64,000 nt of DNA from Vampirovibrionaceae bacterium NZW_1234 (GTDB lineage: Bacteria > Cyanobacteriota > Vampirovibrionia > Vampirovibrionales > JAGQHJ01): the NCBI GenBank assembly GCA_041697335.1, contig JBGUGD010000001.1, positions 79,598 to 143,597 on the forward strand. Direction: 5' to 3'. The notes beneath the pieces were generated by a model. That model saw only the letters and a list, made by a program, of their open reading frames with translations, made no database searches and was not told the origin of the DNA. Below, in pieces: positions 60,114-64,000 of this stretch; within the stretch, counting starts at the first letter, position 1, and every line of letters starts with the position of its first letter. The translations under genes were made by a program, and so were the position numbers.

Positions 60114-60314
60114 TAATTTCCTCTCCTTGTGGTTAATACAGGGTCTACGCTAAGATTTACGCATTATGGTACTGAGTCGAGAGACCTCAGCATAGTGGTT
60201 TTCTCATATGGCTGTGAGTACCTAGATGGCTAGGTCGGGGGCTACCCAAATAGGGAATTTTCACATTTCAATCCCAGACTAGGCTTAAAAAATAGTGATC
60301 CGTAATTAGGTAAT

Positions 60315-60875
60315 TTGACGATGAAACATGCCTTGACCCTGAGTTTGTTGATGTTACTCCTGCCCTTGTCCTCATTGGCGGAAGAGGTCACGTTAAAAGG
60401 GGGTATCAAGTGGGATGAGGAAAGAGCCCGGACCTATGCCTTAAAACACTTGAACCCGGAGATTGATACCGCTCACTTCCAGGCGGTGGATCCAATTTAC
60501 CGGCAAAATTCCCTGTTGCCTCATGAATTGCCGGAAACTTTGCGCCAGGCGTTTCGACAAGTCACCTTTTTTAACAGTGGGGATTACTCGGTGGTGTACG
60601 ATGGCGAGAACATCGTGCATTATTACACCCAACAAGGGGACTTGTTAAAAGTCTCTATTTGCTCCACGCCTTTTGGACCAGAAACGGATTATTCCAGCTA
60701 CCCGCGCAAGTGCGTGGAATACGGCTATCCCGAGGGTCGCATTATCACGGTCAGTATGGATGTTTCGCCAAAAGAATCCTTTGTGTTTTCGCCCTCGGGT
60801 GAATTGAAAAACCATTGGGTGGGCGAACAGTGCTTTGATGACTGTGGCAACGAGATCCTGAAGCGCCAACAGTAG
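60315..60875 (+). CDS. secreted hypothetical protein
   Basis: Signal peptide MKHALTLSLLMLLLPLSSLA. Confidence 0.45.
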   Translation: MTMKHALTLSLLMLLLPLSSLAEEVTLKGGIKWDEERARTYALKHLNPEIDTAHFQAVDPIYRQNSLLPHELPETLRQAFRQVTFFNSGDYSVVYDGENIVHYYTQQGDLLKVSICSTPFGPETDYSSYPRKCVEYGYPEGRIITVSMDVSPKESFVFSPSGELKNHWVGEQCFDDCGNEILKRQQ

Positions 60876-60905
60876 TCCGCTAAGCCCCTTTGGACTCAGT
60901 TGGGT

Positions 60906-63900
60906 TTAGACCGAGTGTGTCGCCGTCATGAGGTCGTCTTTGCCTCGCAGCCATCGGCCCAGTCGCTGGTGGGTCTGGTTGACCAGGATGTAGAAGACCG
61001 GAATCACGTACAAGCTAAAGACGGTTGAGAAGACCATGCCGCCAAAGACACCGATGCTTAAGGAATGGCGACTGCCGGAACCGGCGCCTTCAGAAAGCAT
61101 CAACGGCAGAATCCCGATAATAAAGGCCAGAGAGGTCATCAAAATGGGACGCAAACGAATCTGGGCTGCCTCAACCACGGCATCCTGCAAGGTCATGCCT
61201 TGCTGACGCAGCTGGTTGGCAAACTCCACGATCAGGATGGCATTCTTGCTGGACAGCCCAATGAGCATGACCAGACCAATCTGGAAGAAAATGTCGTTTT
61301 GCTGCCCGGCCAGCCATTGGGCCAGGGCCGCTCCCAGCACGGCCAGGGGGACGGCCAGCATAATGATGAACGGATCCCAGACACTCTCGTACTGGGCAGC
61401 CAGAATCAAGAAGACCAGCAGAAAGCCCAGACCAAAGATGAGCAGCACCTGTGAACCCGATTCCAACACCTCTTTGGAAATCCCGGCCCATTCGTAGTCC
61501 GAACCATTGGGCATTACGGGTTTGGCTATCTTGAGCAGAGCATCCATGGCTTGCCCGGTGCTGTAGCCTGCACGAGAGGACCCGGCAATCTCGATATTTC
61601 GGAACAGGTTGTAGTGGAAAATCTGTTGCGGGGCCGAAGTCTGGGTGACCTTGACCAGGTTCTCCATGGGGATCAGCTTGTTATTGAGGGATTTGACCTG
61701 GAGGTTGTGAATATCACCCGGTTCGCGCCGGAAGGGCTGATCGGCCTGCAGATAGACCCGATAGACCCGGTTCATATAGTTAAAGTCGTTCACATAATTC
61801 GACCCCAGGTAGGTTTGCAGGGTGTCTGCAATGCGGTCCACCGGCACACCCAGGGCTTCGGCTTTATCGCGCTGGATATCGATGTCCACGATGGGGCTGT
61901 TGGGGGTAAAGTTGGCGAAGACCGCGACCATTTCCGGGCGCTGATTGGCTTGAAACATAATGCTGTTGGCGGCTTTGGCCATGTCATCGAAGGTCAGGGT
62001 GCCGCTTTTATCGAGAAATTCAAACTGGACATCCCCGTAATCGCCATAGCCCTGGACCGGAGGCGGAGTAAAGGGGATGACGGTCGCTTCCGGAATACTC
62101 ATCAGCTTGGGCTGAAGGCGAGCCACAATGGCATTGACCGTATGTTCATGGCCTTTACGCTCTTCATAGCCTTTGAGGGTTGGAAAGATGGCCCCCCGGT
62201 TGGGGCTGGGAGCCGATAAACTGAACCCGGCCACTTCAAAGGTTCCCAGCACATCGGGATCCTCTTGAATAATCCGGGCGGCCTTGGTCACGATGCGGCT
62301 GGTGTATTCAGCCGAGGCGCCCACGGGAGCCTGAATGTCCACAATAAAGTATCCTTGATCTTCGTTGGGGACGAAGCCGGACGGAATAATTTTGAACAGA
62401 ACGACCACGCTGGCCAGGGAGAGGCCAAAGAAGGCCAGAACCCAGGGCTTATATCTCAGAACACTGACCAGGGTGCGCTGATAGGTCCGCCGGATGAGAT
62501 CCAAAACCCCTTCCACGGCCCGAAAGAAGCGATTATCCTGATCCGTGTGCCCGGTTGACATCAGTCGGGCCGAGAGCATGGGCGTCAGGGTCAAGGCCAC
62601 AAAGAGGGAGATGAGAATAGACACGGCAATGGTCAGGGAGAACTGCCGGTAGAAGACCCCGGTACTGCCCGGAAAGAACATGACGGGAATAAAAACCGCC
62701 ACCAAGACCAATGAGGAGGCGATGACGGCACTGACCACTTCTTTCATGGCCAGAGGCGCCGCCTGCATGGCCGAAATCTTGCGCTCTTCCACGTAGCGGG
62801 CAATGTTTTCGATGACGACGATAGCGTCATCGACCACCAGGCCGGTGGCCAGGATGATGCCGAACAGGGTCAGCGCATTAATGCTGAAGCCAAAAAGCTT
62901 GATAAAGGCAAAGGTGCCAATCAGGGAGACGGGGATCGCAATCGCCGGAATCAACGTGGTTCTGACCCGCTTGAGGAAAAGCAGGATGATGGCAATAACC
63001 AGTAGAATCGTGATGCCCAGTGTCAGCACGACTTCGTTGACGGTGTGGCCCACGATGCTGGTGGCGTCAAAGGCCATGGTGGTCTTCAGGCCCGGCGGGA
63101 ATTTTTCGGCCAGACGGTTCATTTCCCGGGTAACGCCGGTACTGACCGCAAGGGCATTGGCGCCGTTGACAGGGGAGACCAGAATGCCCACCCCGGGATG
63201 GCTGTTGTAGTGGAAAATCGCGCTGTAGTCCTCGGCACCCAGCTCCACCCGGCCAATATCCCGGAGTTTGACCAGGGCGGTTCCCGAGGCGTTTCGCTTG
63301 AGGACAATGTTTTCAAATTCCGTGGCGTCTTTGAGAAGGCCTCGGGCGTTGAGAGTAAATTGGGTGACCCGGCTGGGATCGCTGGGGGGCTGGCCGACTT
63401 GACCGGCTGCAATCTGGATGTTTTGAGACCGGAGGGCTTGGGCCACATCCTGAGTCGACAGACCCCGCATGGCCAGGCGATTGGGATCGAGCCAAAGGCG
63501 CATGGAGAAGCGCCGCTCGCCGATGAGCTGCACGTTGCCGACCCCGTCCACCCGTTTCAGGACGTCTTTGATGTAGCGATCGGCATAGTTGCTGATGAAC
63601 AGCTCGTCATAGGCCCCGTTTTCCGAATACAAGGCCCCGGCCATCAAAATGGCGGCGGACTTGGTGACCTGAATCCCGACGTTGCGGACTTCTGCGGGCA
63701 AGCGTCCTTCGGCAGCATTAATGCGGTTCTGGACGTCGACGGCGGCCTGATCGATATCGGTCCCTTGCTTGAAGACAATGGTAATGGTGCTGGTGCCGTT
63801 GTCCGCACTGGTGGACTTGATGTAGTCCATGTTCTTGACCCCGTTAATCTCCCGCTCCAGCGGCTGGGTTACGGAAGATTCGACGACCTGGGCGTTTGCA

Positions 63901-64000
63901 CCCGTGTAGGTGGCGTTCACCACAATCTGCGGCGGCGCAATGTTCGGGTAGAGTTCCACGGGTAACGTGGGAATGAAGACCAGGCCCACCAGCATAATGA
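60906..64000 (-). CDS. RND (HAE1/AcrB-type) efflux transporter permease; N-terminus lies beyond the window end
   Basis: 12-TM AcrB architecture; in-window N-terminal MLVGLVFIPTLPVELYPNIAPP aligns to about residue 25 of AcrB. Confidence 0.85.
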   Translation of the reverse strand, partial: IMLVGLVFIPTLPVELYPNIAPPQIVVNATYTGANAQVVESSVTQPLEREINGVKNMDYIKSTSADNGTSTITIVFKQGTDIDQAAVDVQNRINAAEGRLPAEVRNVGIQVTKSAAILMAGALYSENGAYDELFISNYADRYIKDVLKRVDGVGNVQLIGERRFSMRLWLDPNRLAMRGLSTQDVAQALRSQNIQIAAGQVGQPPSDPSRVTQFTLNARGLLKDATEFENIVLKRNASGTALVKLRDIGRVELGAEDYSAIFHYNSHPGVGILVSPVNGANALAVSTGVTREMNRLAEKFPPGLKTTMAFDATSIVGHTVNEVVLTLGITILLVIAIILLFLKRVRTTLIPAIAIPVSLIGTFAFIKLFGFSINALTLFGIILATGLVVDDAIVVIENIARYVEERKISAMQAAPLAMKEVVSAVIASSLVLVAVFIPVMFFPGSTGVFYRQFSLTIAVSILISLFVALTLTPMLSARLMSTGHTDQDNRFFRAVEGVLDLIRRTYQRTLVSVLRYKPWVLAFFGLSLASVVVLFKIIPSGFVPNEDQGYFIVDIQAPVGASAEYTSRIVTKAARIIQEDPDVLGTFEVAGFSLSAPSPNRGAIFPTLKGYEERKGHEHTVNAIVARLQPKLMSIPEATVIPFTPPPVQGYGDYGDVQFEFLDKSGTLTFDDMAKAANSIMFQANQRPEMVAVFANFTPNSPIVDIDIQRDKAEALGVPVDRIADTLQTYLGSNYVNDFNYMNRVYRVYLQADQPFRREPGDIHNLQVKSLNNKLIPMENLVKVTQTSAPQQIFHYNLFRNIEIAGSSRAGYSTGQAMDALLKIAKPVMPNGSDYEWAGISKEVLESGSQVLLIFGLGFLLVFLILAAQYESVWDPFIIMLAVPLAVLGAALAQWLAGQQNDIFFQIGLVMLIGLSSKNAILIVEFANQLRQQGMTLQDAVVEAAQIRLRPILMTSLAFIIGILPLMLSEGAGSGSRHSLSIGVFGGMVFSTVFSLYVIPVFYILVNQTHQRLGRWLRGKDDLMTATHSV

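Overview
This 64 kb window is a bacterial chromosomal segment with about 50% GC. Most of it is housekeeping. The lineage cannot be placed from sequence alone; the pairing of YggT, SepF and YggS with an E. coli/Bacillus-style alpha operon is Gram-positive/cyanobacterial-like.

Housekeeping content:
- The 3' end of a relA/spoT-family gene sits at the window start.
- A ribosomal block runs rpsM-rpsK-rpsD-rpoA-rplQ-truA-rplM-rpsI, and a second block runs rpsB-tsf-pyrH.
- Other recognisable genes are uppP, an MTA phosphorylase, yggT, a ThyX-family gene, a yggS-sepF-crcB operon, an MFS pump, a dienelactone hydrolase and adenosine deaminase.
- Amino-acid and cofactor genes include comF-hom-thrC, miaA, a polar amino-acid ABC transporter (binding protein plus two permeases), a YhhQ-family transporter, an FMN glutamate-synthase-family protein and a quinone oxidoreductase.
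- Regulation and export genes include two histidine kinases (one paired with a LuxR-type response regulator), a BlaI-family repressor and the 3' part of an RND efflux pump.
- One tRNA-Lys(UUU) is present.

Unusual content:
- At 19.8-20.95 kb there is a minus-strand array of three units. Each ends in the same roughly 30-nt core followed directly by an intrinsic terminator. Two units are about 300-bp tandem duplicates with no coding potential. The third is the 3' end of a well-signalled 59-codon small ORF that falls below the ORF-track cutoff.
- Between 37 and 42.6 kb, and at 28.5 kb and 45.2 kb, there is a set of low-complexity Gly/Asn/Gln/Ser-rich proteins. Three share an N-terminal M(A)(F)GN start.
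- A histone-H1-like Lys/Ala-repeat protein is encoded at 12.1-12.9 kb.
- Two distant paralogous Cys-rich zinc-ribbon proteins are present.
- An AsnB homologue lacks both catalytic signatures.
- The ThyX homologue has a non-canonical substrate motif.

No CRISPR array, transposase or integrase was recognised.
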